Part shown: positions 16,485 to 25,273 of the stretch, piece by piece | Position numbering within the stretch: the stretch's first letter is position 1 | Layout of the letters: each line of letters starts with the position of its first letter | Source of the DNA: Candidatus Latescibacterota bacterium | GTDB lineage: Bacteria; Latescibacterota; UBA2968; UBA8231 | NCBI GenBank assembly: GCA_965203355.1 | Contig: OZ241889.1 | Location: 4,061,523 to 4,125,522 of the forward strand | Length of the DNA: 64,000 nucleotides | Direction of reading: 5' to 3' | Translations under genes and position numbers: made by a program | Notes under the pieces: generated by a model | Seen by the model: only the letters and a program-made list of their open reading frames with translations | The model's database searches: none | Told to the model about the DNA's origin: nothing

Positions 16485-17416
16485 AGGCCGTGCTCGCATT
16501 CCTATTGCTGGTCTTGCTCGGCAGCGAGGGTCAGGCCCAGCGCCAAGACAAGCGGGCGTACAACCTCTGGACCAAAGAGAAGATCCGCCATCTCAAGGCC
16601 AAGGTCACCATCCATCCCTACAACCCGCAGCTACGAGTCCTCCTCGCCAACGCGTATTTTGACGACGGGCAAAAGTACGAAGCCAAAAGGCTGCTGCTTG
16701 AAGCCCTCGAACTCGACCCCGACTACGCCGAGGCGCATTGCAATCTCGCCGTCATGCTCCACGGCCAAGGATACGAGCGCGAGGCCAAGCACCACTACCA
16801 AGAAGCCCTGCGGCTGGATTCGCTGATGGTCGAAGCCATGGCTGGACTAGGCACCTTACTCTGCCGCACCGAGCACCAAGCCGAGGGCCTTGAATACCTC
16901 GAAAAAGTCATCGCGTTCCAGCCTGATCACGCCAATGCGCGCTTCAATATGGCCGTGGCGTATCACAAGGTCGGCGACTTCAAAAAATCCATCGAACACC
17001 TAGAAACCTTGCTGAAGGTCGATTTCAATTATCGCGGGGCGCGCCGCGCGCTGGCCCGCGCTTATTACAGCCTGGGCATCTTGCGGTTGCAGGCCCAACA
17101 GCCCGAGTTGGCACTCCCCGTGTTGACCAAGGCTGTCGAGCACGAGCAAGACAACGAAAGCATGTTCTTCGCCAAGGGCCTCGCCCACCTCGACAGCGGC
17201 GACCTCGCCGGAGCCGAAGCGGCCTTCAAGCAGGTCATCGCATTGTCCGGCGATCACATCCCCGCCCTGCACAACCTCGGCGCGATCTGCGAAAAAACCG
17301 AGCGCTATGCAGAAGCCATCCAATACTACGACAAGGTCCAGCAGCTAGCCCCACATCTATCGACGATCGAAGCCGTCAAACACGCCTCGTACGACGTGAA
17401 TTACCTGACCGAATGA
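16481..17416 (+). CDS. secreted TPR-repeat protein
   Basis: 311 aa with a signal peptide (MKAVLAFLLLVLLGSEGQAQ) and multiple TPR-like A..Y....G....A...Y..AL..DP units. ATGA overlap with the upstream gene. Confidence 0.8.
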   Translation: MKAVLAFLLLVLLGSEGQAQRQDKRAYNLWTKEKIRHLKAKVTIHPYNPQLRVLLANAYFDDGQKYEAKRLLLEALELDPDYAEAHCNLAVMLHGQGYEREAKHHYQEALRLDSLMVEAMAGLGTLLCRTEHQAEGLEYLEKVIAFQPDHANARFNMAVAYHKVGDFKKSIEHLETLLKVDFNYRGARRALARAYYSLGILRLQAQQPELALPVLTKAVEHEQDNESMFFAKGLAHLDSGDLAGAEAAFKQVIALSGDHIPALHNLGAICEKTERYAEAIQYYDKVQQLAPHLSTIEAVKHASYDVNYLTE

Positions 17417-17418
17417 GT

Positions 17419-17447
17419 TTGACTTTTGTTTAGCTAACGCGTACAAT
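17419..17447 (+). promoter_or_regulatory. sigma70-like promoter candidate for infA
   Basis: TTGACT at 17419..17424, a 17-nt spacer, then TACAAT at 17442..17447, about 80 nt upstream of infA. Confidence 0.45.
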
Positions 17448-17529
17448 TTGGACTCTTTGCGCGCCGCTTTAACAGCTGCTTTTTCCGTATGTGGCGCGCA
17501 CATCTCATCATCTCCTTTAAGCGAGAGCA

Positions 17530-17748
17530 ATGGCCAAAGAAGAAGCAATCGAAGTCCAAGCAGTGGTCAAAGAGGCCCTGCCCAACGGCTACTTCAAGTG
17601 CGAGATGGAAAATAGCCACGAGATTATGGCCCATGTCTCCGGCAAGATGCGCAAGTACTACATTCGCGTACTGCCGGGCGACCAAGTCACCGTGGCCCTT
17701 TCGCCCTATGATTTGAGCCGCGGACGCATCACTTTCCGCAATCGCTGA
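17530..17748 (+). CDS. infA: translation initiation factor IF-1
   Basis: 72 aa. [72 protein letters not shown] is a canonical IF-1 sequence. Confidence 0.95.
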   Translation: MAKEEAIEVQAVVKEALPNGYFKCEMENSHEIMAHVSGKMRKYYIRVLPGDQVTVALSPYDLSRGRITFRNR

Positions 17749-17806
17749 GACGCTGCGCGATCATCCAAGCGCCGTCTCGACAAGCCTCACACCCGACAAA
17801 GGTCAC

Positions 17807-19381
17807 ATGGCGAGGAACCAGACCAGTACGAATCGGGCTTGGCCCTTCCAAGAGGCGGCACAGATCGTCAAGCAGCGCCACCCCAGCCAAGACCGCCCGG
17901 TACTATTCGAGACCGGTTTTGGCCCCAGCGGCTTCCCCCATCTAGGTCATTTTTCCGAAGGCGTCCGCACCGCTTGGGTCCGCAATGCCTGCGAGCACCT
18001 CTACGGACTAAAGACCCGCCTCCTCTGCTTCAGCGACGACATGGATGGCCTGCGCAAGGTGCCCAGCAACTTGCCGCAGCCCGAGATGCTCGCCGCCCAC
18101 CTCGGCAAACCCCTACACGCCGTTCCAGACCCTTTCGGTTGCTGTGCGAGTTTCAGCGACCACATGAATGCCAAGCTGTGCGAGTTTTTCGACGCCTCCG
18201 GCTTCGACTACGAGTTCCAAAGCGCGCGTGCCGCCTACGTGCGCGGCGACTTTGACGAAGGGCTCGCGATTCTCCTAGCCAAAGCCGAGGAGGTGCGCCA
18301 AATCATCGTGCCGACGCTGCGGGAACAAAACCGCCAACGCTGGTCGCCCTTCTTCCCGATTTGTACCAACTGTGGCTCGATCATGGCCACGCAGGTCACG
18401 GCCTACCACCCCAGCCGGGGCCGCGTGAGCTTCACCTGCGACCTCAATACCGGCCACTACAATGGGTGTGGCGAAAGGGGTGAGCAGTCGGTGTTCGGCG
18501 GTAGCGCCAAGGTAGGCTGGAAAGTCGATTGGGCGCTGCGCTGGTACACCTACGAGGTCGACTATGAAATGTACGGCAAAGACCTCGTCGACTCGGTGCG
18601 CCAGTCCTCTCGCATCGTGCGTCTGATGGGCAAGTCGCCGCCGGTTGGCTTGTGCTACGAGTTTTTTCTCGACGAGGAAGGACGCGGGTTGGCGAGCAGC
18701 GCCGGCCGCATGGGGGTAACAGTAGATGCGTGGAAGAAGTACGCGCCCATAGAATCCCTGCTTTTCTTCCTCTTTCAAAATCCCAAGCGGGCCAAGCGGC
18801 TACACTGGGACATCGTGCCCAAGTGCGTTGATGACTATCTCGATGCGCTGCGGCACTATCCCGATGTAGCAGAGGAGCAGCGCCCCGAGCAGGCGCTGTG
18901 GCACATTGGCACCCGAGGTCGAGACGTGCCCGAGTACGCCGCTCGGGTCAACTTCTCGACCGTCAACAATTTGATCGCGGCCTTGGGCGTGGATTCGGTC
19001 GCAGCGTTGAGAGAATACCTGGCGCGCTACGACGCCCAAGTCGCCACTTATCCGCAGATAACGCAGGCGCTGGTGGAGAAGGGCCTTAACTACTATCGAG
19101 ACGTGGTGCTTCCCAACAAGCATTTTCGTCCGCCCACAGACGAGGAGCGGGGGCTCCTAGGGCAGTTGGCCGAGCGGCTGAGCGCGGCTAACGGAGCCAC
19201 CGAAGAGGAGGTGCAGGCCATTCCGTTTGACTTGGCCCGCGAGGCCGGCGTCTCTCCCAAGGCACTGTTTCAGACGTTTTACGAGGTCGTGCTAGGGCAG
19301 GATCGAGGGCCGCGATTTGGCTCGCTTGTGCAGCTAGTGGGGAAGGAGCAGGTGGTGAACATGGTGCAGGAGAAAGCATAG
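17807..19381 (+). CDS. class I lysyl-tRNA synthetase-like protein with a degenerate KMSKS loop
   Basis: 524 aa. HIGH-type motif PHLGH. FFLDEEG..VTVDAWKKYAPIESL aligns, from memory, with class I LysRS FLDENGxKMSKSKGNGxxIxEWxxYAPxESL. The KMSKS position reads GLASS (18686..18715). Confidence 0.7.
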   Translation: MARNQTSTNRAWPFQEAAQIVKQRHPSQDRPVLFETGFGPSGFPHLGHFSEGVRTAWVRNACEHLYGLKTRLLCFSDDMDGLRKVPSNLPQPEMLAAHLGKPLHAVPDPFGCCASFSDHMNAKLCEFFDASGFDYEFQSARAAYVRGDFDEGLAILLAKAEEVRQIIVPTLREQNRQRWSPFFPICTNCGSIMATQVTAYHPSRGRVSFTCDLNTGHYNGCGERGEQSVFGGSAKVGWKVDWALRWYTYEVDYEMYGKDLVDSVRQSSRIVRLMGKSPPVGLCYEFFLDEEGRGLASSAGRMGVTVDAWKKYAPIESLLFFLFQNPKRAKRLHWDIVPKCVDDYLDALRHYPDVAEEQRPEQALWHIGTRGRDVPEYAARVNFSTVNNLIAALGVDSVAALREYLARYDAQVATYPQITQALVEKGLNYYRDVVLPNKHFRPPTDEERGLLGQLAERLSAANGATEEEVQAIPFDLAREAGVSPKALFQTFYEVVLGQDRGPRFGSLVQLVGKEQVVNMVQEKA

Positions 19382-19414
19382 CGGTGCTGCGCCCTCGTTT
19401 TTACGGAGCAAATC

Positions 19415-20350
19415 GTGGCAGAGCAACAAGACCTTTTTTCCGCAATCATGCCGCCGGCTAAGCCTCGGCACGTCGAGCGGATGCAGCAGGTGCAAGAGGG
19501 GTTGCCCGCGCAGCTCTTTTTGGGAACGACGAGTTGGTCGAATGAGGATTGGGAAGGGCTAATCTATCCTGAGGGCTGCGCCGCGGCCGATTACATCGAG
19601 CACTATGCTAAGGTCTTCAGGAGTGTGGAGATCGACTCGACGTGGTATCGAGTGCCGACGCCCAAGACGATCGCAGGATGGCTACGGCGGACGCCTCCGC
19701 ACTTCCGCTTTACCGCCAAAATCCCCCGGGTGATCAGCCACGAAAAAATGCTCGTGGACTGCATGGGGGAAATGGAGGAATTCCTCACCGCAATGACCCC
19801 ACTGGGCGAGCGGTTGGGGCCGCTGCTGATGCAGTTTCCATACGTTGCGCGGGGACAGGACGCGCACGAAAGCGAGTACGGCAGCGCATTCACCCAACGC
19901 CTCGCCGAGTTCCTGCCGCAGCTGCCTGCGAGCGAGTTCCGCTTTGCGGTGGAGGTGCGCAACGCAAGCTGGCTGCGGGCGGAGCTGTTAGACCTGTTGC
20001 GCGCACACGGGGTGGCACTGGTCCTGAACAACTACTACACCATGCCGAGCTTACCGCACACCGTCGAGCGCGTCAATCCAGCGACGACCGACTTTCTCTA
20101 CGTGCGCTTTCTGGGCAATCGCAAAAAGATGGACGCCCACGTCGAGGAGCGGATTCGCCGCGGCGAGCAGGAGCGGCATTGGGATCGCCTCGTTTGGGAC
20201 CGCGCCGCCGAGACCCAGCAGTGGGCGCGGCAAGTGCGGGCGCTAGCAGAGGCCGCGCCAGAGCAGCCCGCGTACGTGTTTTTCAACAATCACTACGCCG
20301 GATACGCGCCCGGCTCACTCGGCATCTTTGCTCAGGCGTGGAAGGGATGA
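19415..20350 (+). CDS. DUF72 (YecE-like) family protein
   Basis: 311 aa with LGTTSWSNEDWEGLIYPEG, YAKVFRSVEIDSTWYRVP and FFNNHYAGYAP, typical of DUF72. Confidence 0.8.
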   Translation: MAEQQDLFSAIMPPAKPRHVERMQQVQEGLPAQLFLGTTSWSNEDWEGLIYPEGCAAADYIEHYAKVFRSVEIDSTWYRVPTPKTIAGWLRRTPPHFRFTAKIPRVISHEKMLVDCMGEMEEFLTAMTPLGERLGPLLMQFPYVARGQDAHESEYGSAFTQRLAEFLPQLPASEFRFAVEVRNASWLRAELLDLLRAHGVALVLNNYYTMPSLPHTVERVNPATTDFLYVRFLGNRKKMDAHVEERIRRGEQERHWDRLVWDRAAETQQWARQVRALAEAAPEQPAYVFFNNHYAGYAPGSLGIFAQAWKG

Positions 20351-20399
20351 GCGGCCATTTCGACCGCCATCTCGAAAAGTCGCTCCAAGCCATCGTCAT

Positions 20400-20711
20400 C
20401 TATTCGGGCAGCGCGATTTGGGGGTCGTCGGGGTCGGGGCGGTAGAGGAGCAGCGTGTTGCCCAAGACTTGCACTAAGTGTGCCTCGGTAGCAGCGGCTA
20501 GCTGTTCGCCGGCTTCGCAGCGGTCGAGGGGGCTGCTGCGCTCGCAGCGCACCTTGACTAACTCGCTGTTGGAGTAGGCTTCGTTGAGCGAGCGGATAAC
20601 GGCGGCGGAAAGACCCTCTTTGCCCAAATACACGGTCGGCCGCACTGCATTGCCTAAGCCGCGCAAGTAGCGGCGATCTTTGCCTCGGAGCTTAGCTGCG
20701 GGAATCGTCAT
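20400..20711 (-). CDS. yhbY: YhbY-like CRM-domain RNA-binding protein
   Basis: 103 aa. LRGKDRRYLRGLGNAVRPTVYLGKEGLSAAVIRSLNEAYSNSELVKVR and LLLYRP match the YhbY/CRS1 family. Confidence 0.8.
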   Translation of the reverse strand: MTIPAAKLRGKDRRYLRGLGNAVRPTVYLGKEGLSAAVIRSLNEAYSNSELVKVRCERSSPLDRCEAGEQLAAATEAHLVQVLGNTLLLYRPDPDDPQIALPE

Positions 20712-20786
20712 CTAATTTTCCTTCGTCAAAATTTCCCCTTCTCTCTCCCTTAGCATACAGACTCGCCACCGCCCTGTCGAGTTGGA

Positions 20787-23216
20787 ATGATTTTTGCCGT
20801 TGGACTGGGTATGTCCGCGAGCAAACAGACGCGCCGGCCCGCGCTGTGGACGGCCCTTGGATTCGGAATCGGCGTTTTCTTGGGGCGGACCGTAGCGATA
20901 GGCTCGCTCACAGCAGTGGCCCTAAGCGGGTTGGCCTTTCTCGGCGCGACCGTGGGCTTCTATTGCAAGGCGCGTTGGGCCGGTTGGACGCTGTGGGTAG
21001 CAGTCGTTCTGCTCGGCGCGCTGCGTTACCACATCGACACAGCCCTGTCCCCTTTGCCCCACTTAGTCGCGCTCGAAGTTTTCGGGCAGCGCGGCGTGGT
21101 AACCGGGCGCATCGTCCAAGAACCAGAGCATAGCGACGAGCAAACGCGCTTTGTCATAGCGTTAGAACAGGTAGTCGCCGACAGCGCCATGTACCATTTG
21201 AACGGACAAGTGCTAGTCACAGTAAAAGACGTGTACTGGCCAGCCGATTACGGCGACCGCGTATCCCTGTACGGAAAGCTGCAACGACCCCGTGCGACGC
21301 GGAATCCTGGCGCCTTCAACTACCGAGCCTTTTTGGCCCAGCAAGACATCCACGGCACGCTCTTCATCGGCAAACCCGAACAGGTCGCGTCCGTAGAGCA
21401 CTTGCCCGGGCACTGGCTATACGAAGGCGTGGTGTTGCCCCTCAGACGCGCCGTGCGACAGAGCATTGAGCGCAATCTCTCAGGCGCGCCAGCCGGCCTG
21501 TTGCTAGGCGTGCTCCTCGGAGAGAAGCAACGGATTCCCGAGGAGGTGCGCGCTGCGTTTCGCCGCACCGGGCTGGCGCACGCGCTCGTGGTAAGTGGAC
21601 TCCACGTCGGAATGGTCGGCGGGTTCTTCTTCTTTGGTTTCCGGCTCCTGCGGCTCGCCGACCGCCCGAGTTCCGCAGCAACCATCGCCGCGCTGGCACT
21701 CTACGCCCTTGCAACCGGGGCGCAAGTGCCGGTGGTGCGGGCGGTGGTGATGGGAGCGGTGGTGCTGTTGGGGCGGGTGCTCCGACGGCAGGGCGACATC
21801 TACAACACCCTTGGGCTGGCGGCCCTAGCGATCTTGGTGATATGGCCGGAAAGTCCGTGGAGCCTGAGCTTCCAGCTCTCCTTTGGCGCGACATGGGCCA
21901 TCGTCGCCTTACACGGACCGCTCGCCTCGCTTTTCCCCGCCGCCTTTCAACGCGCCGACAGCCGAATCGATCGCTGGATCGTCACGCCACTGTGCGCCTC
22001 GCTGGCAGCCCAGCTCGGCACCGGACCTTTGATCGCCTATTCCTTTCAGCAGCTAGCACTCGGAGCGGCCGTGGCCAATATAGTAGTAGTCCCGCTTTTG
22101 GCACTCGCCGTGGGTTTGGGCCTGCTGGCCGCGTTGACCGGGTGGATTTTACCTTGGATCGCTACCGCGTTTAACGCGGCCAATTACCTAGTCCTCGTGG
22201 GGCTGATCGAACTGGTCTCGTGGTGGGCTTCGCTGCCCTTTGCGTCTGTGGCCGTGCCGCGGCCGGGCGGGCTCTTCGTCGCAATCGCCGCCGCTCTCTG
22301 CCTGCTCGGCCCGTTGCTGCCGCATAGGGCCTGGGCGCGCAAAGCCGCCATTTTTGCGGCGCTCGCCTGGCTCAACGTCTCGGTGTGGACTTACGCGCTC
22401 CGCGCCCGCGACTTGGAGATCGTCTTTTTAGACGTGGGCCAAGGCGATGCCGCGTTTGTGCGCTTCCCCGACGGCAAAACCATGGTCGTCGATGGCGGCG
22501 AGCGCAGCGCCTACTTCGATTGTGGCGAACAGGTACTGTTGCCTTTCTTGCGCCACCGGGGCGTCCGGCGAGTTGATGTCGTCGTGGCCTCGCATCCGCA
22601 CAACGATCACATCGGCGGGCTGGTAGCCCTGTTGGAGCAAATGGAAGTGGGCCACTTTCTCGACAGCGGGCCAGTCTATGACTCGTGGACAGCGCGGCGG
22701 CTGCGAGAACTCATCGCCGAGCGGGGTGTGCGCTACCACCGAGTCGCAGCGGGCGACAGCTTGGCCGGCTTGGGCGGAGTCGCGGGACTGGTCCTGCATC
22801 CGACCGCGACCTTTGTCGATGCAGACGGACGGGTCCCTTTTGGCTTCAACAACGGCTCGGTGGTATTCAGCTTGCAGCACGGAGCCGTGCGCGTGCTATT
22901 CACCGGCGACGTAGAGCAGGAGACGGACCCGGCGATTCTCGCTTGGGGGCCGCGGCTACAGGCGCACCTGCTCAAGGTGGCCCACCATGGCTCGCGCACT
23001 TCGTCGCAGCCGCTTTTCATCGAAGCAGTCGCGCCCTCGGTGGCGGTGATGTCGCTGGGAGAGGACAACAAGTTCAAGCATCCCGCACCAGAAGTCGTCG
23101 CACGCTACGCAGCACGCGGAACGCGAGTGCTACGCACCGATCACACCGGCGCGGTACAAGTGCGGATTGACGGCGCGAACCTGGTCGTGCAGACGATGCT
23201 GGAGCGAGCGATGTAG
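20787..23216 (+). CDS. comEC: ComEC/Rec2 DNA internalisation protein with C-terminal metallo-beta-lactamase domain
   Basis: 809 aa. Multi-pass membrane core (GLAHALVVSGLHVG) and an MBL domain (FLDVGQGDA, ASHPHNDHIGG, KVAHHGS). The start codon is uncertain. Confidence 0.85.
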   Translation: MIFAVGLGMSASKQTRRPALWTALGFGIGVFLGRTVAIGSLTAVALSGLAFLGATVGFYCKARWAGWTLWVAVVLLGALRYHIDTALSPLPHLVALEVFGQRGVVTGRIVQEPEHSDEQTRFVIALEQVVADSAMYHLNGQVLVTVKDVYWPADYGDRVSLYGKLQRPRATRNPGAFNYRAFLAQQDIHGTLFIGKPEQVASVEHLPGHWLYEGVVLPLRRAVRQSIERNLSGAPAGLLLGVLLGEKQRIPEEVRAAFRRTGLAHALVVSGLHVGMVGGFFFFGFRLLRLADRPSSAATIAALALYALATGAQVPVVRAVVMGAVVLLGRVLRRQGDIYNTLGLAALAILVIWPESPWSLSFQLSFGATWAIVALHGPLASLFPAAFQRADSRIDRWIVTPLCASLAAQLGTGPLIAYSFQQLALGAAVANIVVVPLLALAVGLGLLAALTGWILPWIATAFNAANYLVLVGLIELVSWWASLPFASVAVPRPGGLFVAIAAALCLLGPLLPHRAWARKAAIFAALAWLNVSVWTYALRARDLEIVFLDVGQGDAAFVRFPDGKTMVVDGGERSAYFDCGEQVLLPFLRHRGVRRVDVVVASHPHNDHIGGLVALLEQMEVGHFLDSGPVYDSWTARRLRELIAERGVRYHRVAAGDSLAGLGGVAGLVLHPTATFVDADGRVPFGFNNGSVVFSLQHGAVRVLFTGDVEQETDPAILAWGPRLQAHLLKVAHHGSRTSSQPLFIEAVAPSVAVMSLGEDNKFKHPAPEVVARYAARGTRVLRTDHTGAVQVRIDGANLVVQTMLERAM

Positions 23217-23217
23217 C

Positions 23218-24285
23218 CTAGTTTTGCAGCCCCAATTCGGGCTGCTCGATCAAGGACCGCAGGCGGTCGAGGAAGCGGGCCGCGGCGCCGTTTTCGAGCA
23301 GCGGACTCTCAACGGTTAGGCTCAAAGCGATCAACGCCCGCGGCACCACGCGGCCCGCGCATACAGCCGGGCGCTCGGCAATGCGCCCTAGTCCCAAAGC
23401 AGCGCGGTAGGGCGGGCCGAGCATGGGTGTAAAGGTATCGATCCCGTACATGCCGAGATTGGCGATGGCAAAGGTGCCGCCTTGTACGGCCTCCGGCGCC
23501 AAAACGCGCCGACGCGCCTGAAGCACTAGGGAACGCGCCGCGGCCGCGAGTTCGGCCCAGTTTTTGGTATGCGCGTCGCGGATGACTGGACTCACTAAAC
23601 CATCGCCCGTATCTACGGCGAGGCCGAGATGAACGGCCTCGGTGCCCGCCGCATTCAACTGAGGATGCTCGGCCAAGGCGACGACCGCCAGCTTGGCAAT
23701 GAGGTGGTGATACGCAGGGGCTGGCGCGTCTTCTGCCTTGAGCCGCGGGCGCAACGCTACCAATTCGGTAGCGTCTGCTTCGGTCGTCAGGATCGCGGGC
23801 CCTGCTTGGCTGCTGCGCCCGGCGGCCGCGCGTACGTCGCGCTCGACGATTCGGCCCGTGCGCCCGCTACCCGTGAGTATGCGCCATTCCACCCCAAGCT
23901 CCGAAGCCACGCGCCGGGCGCGGGGGCTAATGGTCGGCCCGGCGGAGCGGGCCTGCGCCGGGACTGGGGCCGGCTCGGCCGGCGGCGTTGGAACCGGCTC
24001 GGCCGCAGCCGTTGCAGCCGACGCGGTAGGCATTTCCTCGCCGGGCTGCAACAGATAGCCCAACAGGGTGCCCACCGGCACGGTATCGCCGGGCTGAGGC
24101 GCGTCCGGGGGGATGCGCAGGATGCCGCCGGAAAAGGTCTCGATCTCGTTGAGGGCCTTGTCGCTTTCCACCGTAAAGAGGATTTCGCCAACCTCGACCG
24201 CATCGCCATCGGCTTTGAGCCATTCGACGAGGGTGCCCTCCTCCATGGTCCACCCCAAGCGGGGCATTGCGATTGGCTCGGCCAT
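23218..24285 (-). CDS. E2-like lipoyl protein of a 2-oxoacid dehydrogenase complex, catalytic residues substituted
   Basis: 355 aa. Lipoyl domain (TVESDKA), E3/E1-binding domain (ISPRARRVASELGV..GSGRTGRIVERDV) and a shortened acyltransferase core. The usual SNLG reads ANLG, and DHRxxDG reads ESPLLENG (23287..23325). Confidence 0.8.
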   Translation of the reverse strand: MAEPIAMPRLGWTMEEGTLVEWLKADGDAVEVGEILFTVESDKALNEIETFSGGILRIPPDAPQPGDTVPVGTLLGYLLQPGEEMPTASAATAAAEPVPTPPAEPAPVPAQARSAGPTISPRARRVASELGVEWRILTGSGRTGRIVERDVRAAAGRSSQAGPAILTTEADATELVALRPRLKAEDAPAPAYHHLIAKLAVVALAEHPQLNAAGTEAVHLGLAVDTGDGLVSPVIRDAHTKNWAELAAAARSLVLQARRRVLAPEAVQGGTFAIANLGMYGIDTFTPMLGPPYRAALGLGRIAERPAVCAGRVVPRALIALSLTVESPLLENGAAARFLDRLRSLIEQPELGLQN

Positions 24286-24295
24286 GTGCTTGCTC

Positions 24296-25273
24296 CTACT
24301 CGGCCATCAAGTCGCGGATGGCCCGTTCTATGTCCTTCCTGTTGGGCGCAATCGCGGCCTCTAAAGGCGCACTGTACGGCGTGGGCACGTGCGCACCGTT
24401 GAGGCGGCGCACTGGCGCGTCGAGGTCGTCGAAGGCCCGGGCGACCACGGCGGCGGCGATTTCCGCGCCTATGCCGCAGGGAGCAAAAGTCTCATCGGCG
24501 ATCAGCAGGCGACCCGTGCGGTGAACGGATTCGAGCACCGTGTCCATGTCGAGGGGGGACGTGGTGCGGAGGTCGAGCACTTCGACCGAGATGCCTTCGC
24601 CGGATAGGGCCTCGGCGACTTGCAGCGTCTCGGGCACCATGGTCGTCAAAGCCACGACAGTCAGATGCTCGCCACGGCGGCAGACAGCGGCCCGGCCAAA
24701 GGGTATCGCGTACTCCTCTGCTGGAACCTCTCCTCGAGTGTTGAGCAAGGACTTGTGCTCTAGAAAGAGCACCGGATCGTCGCCGCGCAGGGCCGTCTTG
24801 AGCAAACCCTTGGCGTCGTAAGGATTGGACGGCACCGCAACCTTGAAGCCGGGCAGATGCGTAAAAATCGGATAGTAATTGCCCGAGTGATGGGTGGCGG
24901 CCGCGCCGCCGACGCCAATGCAGCCGCGCAGGACGATAGGCATTTTTAGTCGGCCACTGCTCATGTATTGCACCTTGGCGATCTGGTTGACCAGTTCGCC
25001 GAACGCGTCGAGGATGAAGTCCAAGAACATAAAATCCACCACTGGCCGCGTCCCGGTCATGGCCGCGCCAGCGCACAAGCCGACGAAGCCGCGCTCGCAT
25101 ATCGGAGTGTCGCGCAGGCGCTCCGGGCCGTACAGGTCGAAGAGGCCAATAGTGGTGTTGAAGTTGCCACCGCGCAGCCCAATCCCCTCGCCAACGACGA
25201 AAATGGTCGCGTCGCGTGCCATTTCCTCGGCGAGGGCTTGGCGCGCCGCTTCTACATACGTGAGTTCGGGCAT
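24296..25273 (-). CDS. 2-oxoacid (pyruvate/acetoin/branched-chain type) dehydrogenase E1 beta subunit
   Basis: 325 aa with a typical transketolase-like E1 beta sequence (VGEGIG..GGNF, RDTPICE, EHKSLL). Confidence 0.9.
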   Translation of the reverse strand: MPELTYVEAARQALAEEMARDATIFVVGEGIGLRGGNFNTTIGLFDLYGPERLRDTPICERGFVGLCAGAAMTGTRPVVDFMFLDFILDAFGELVNQIAKVQYMSSGRLKMPIVLRGCIGVGGAAATHHSGNYYPIFTHLPGFKVAVPSNPYDAKGLLKTALRGDDPVLFLEHKSLLNTRGEVPAEEYAIPFGRAAVCRRGEHLTVVALTTMVPETLQVAEALSGEGISVEVLDLRTTSPLDMDTVLESVHRTGRLLIADETFAPCGIGAEIAAAVVARAFDDLDAPVRRLNGAHVPTPYSAPLEAAIAPNRKDIERAIRDLMAE

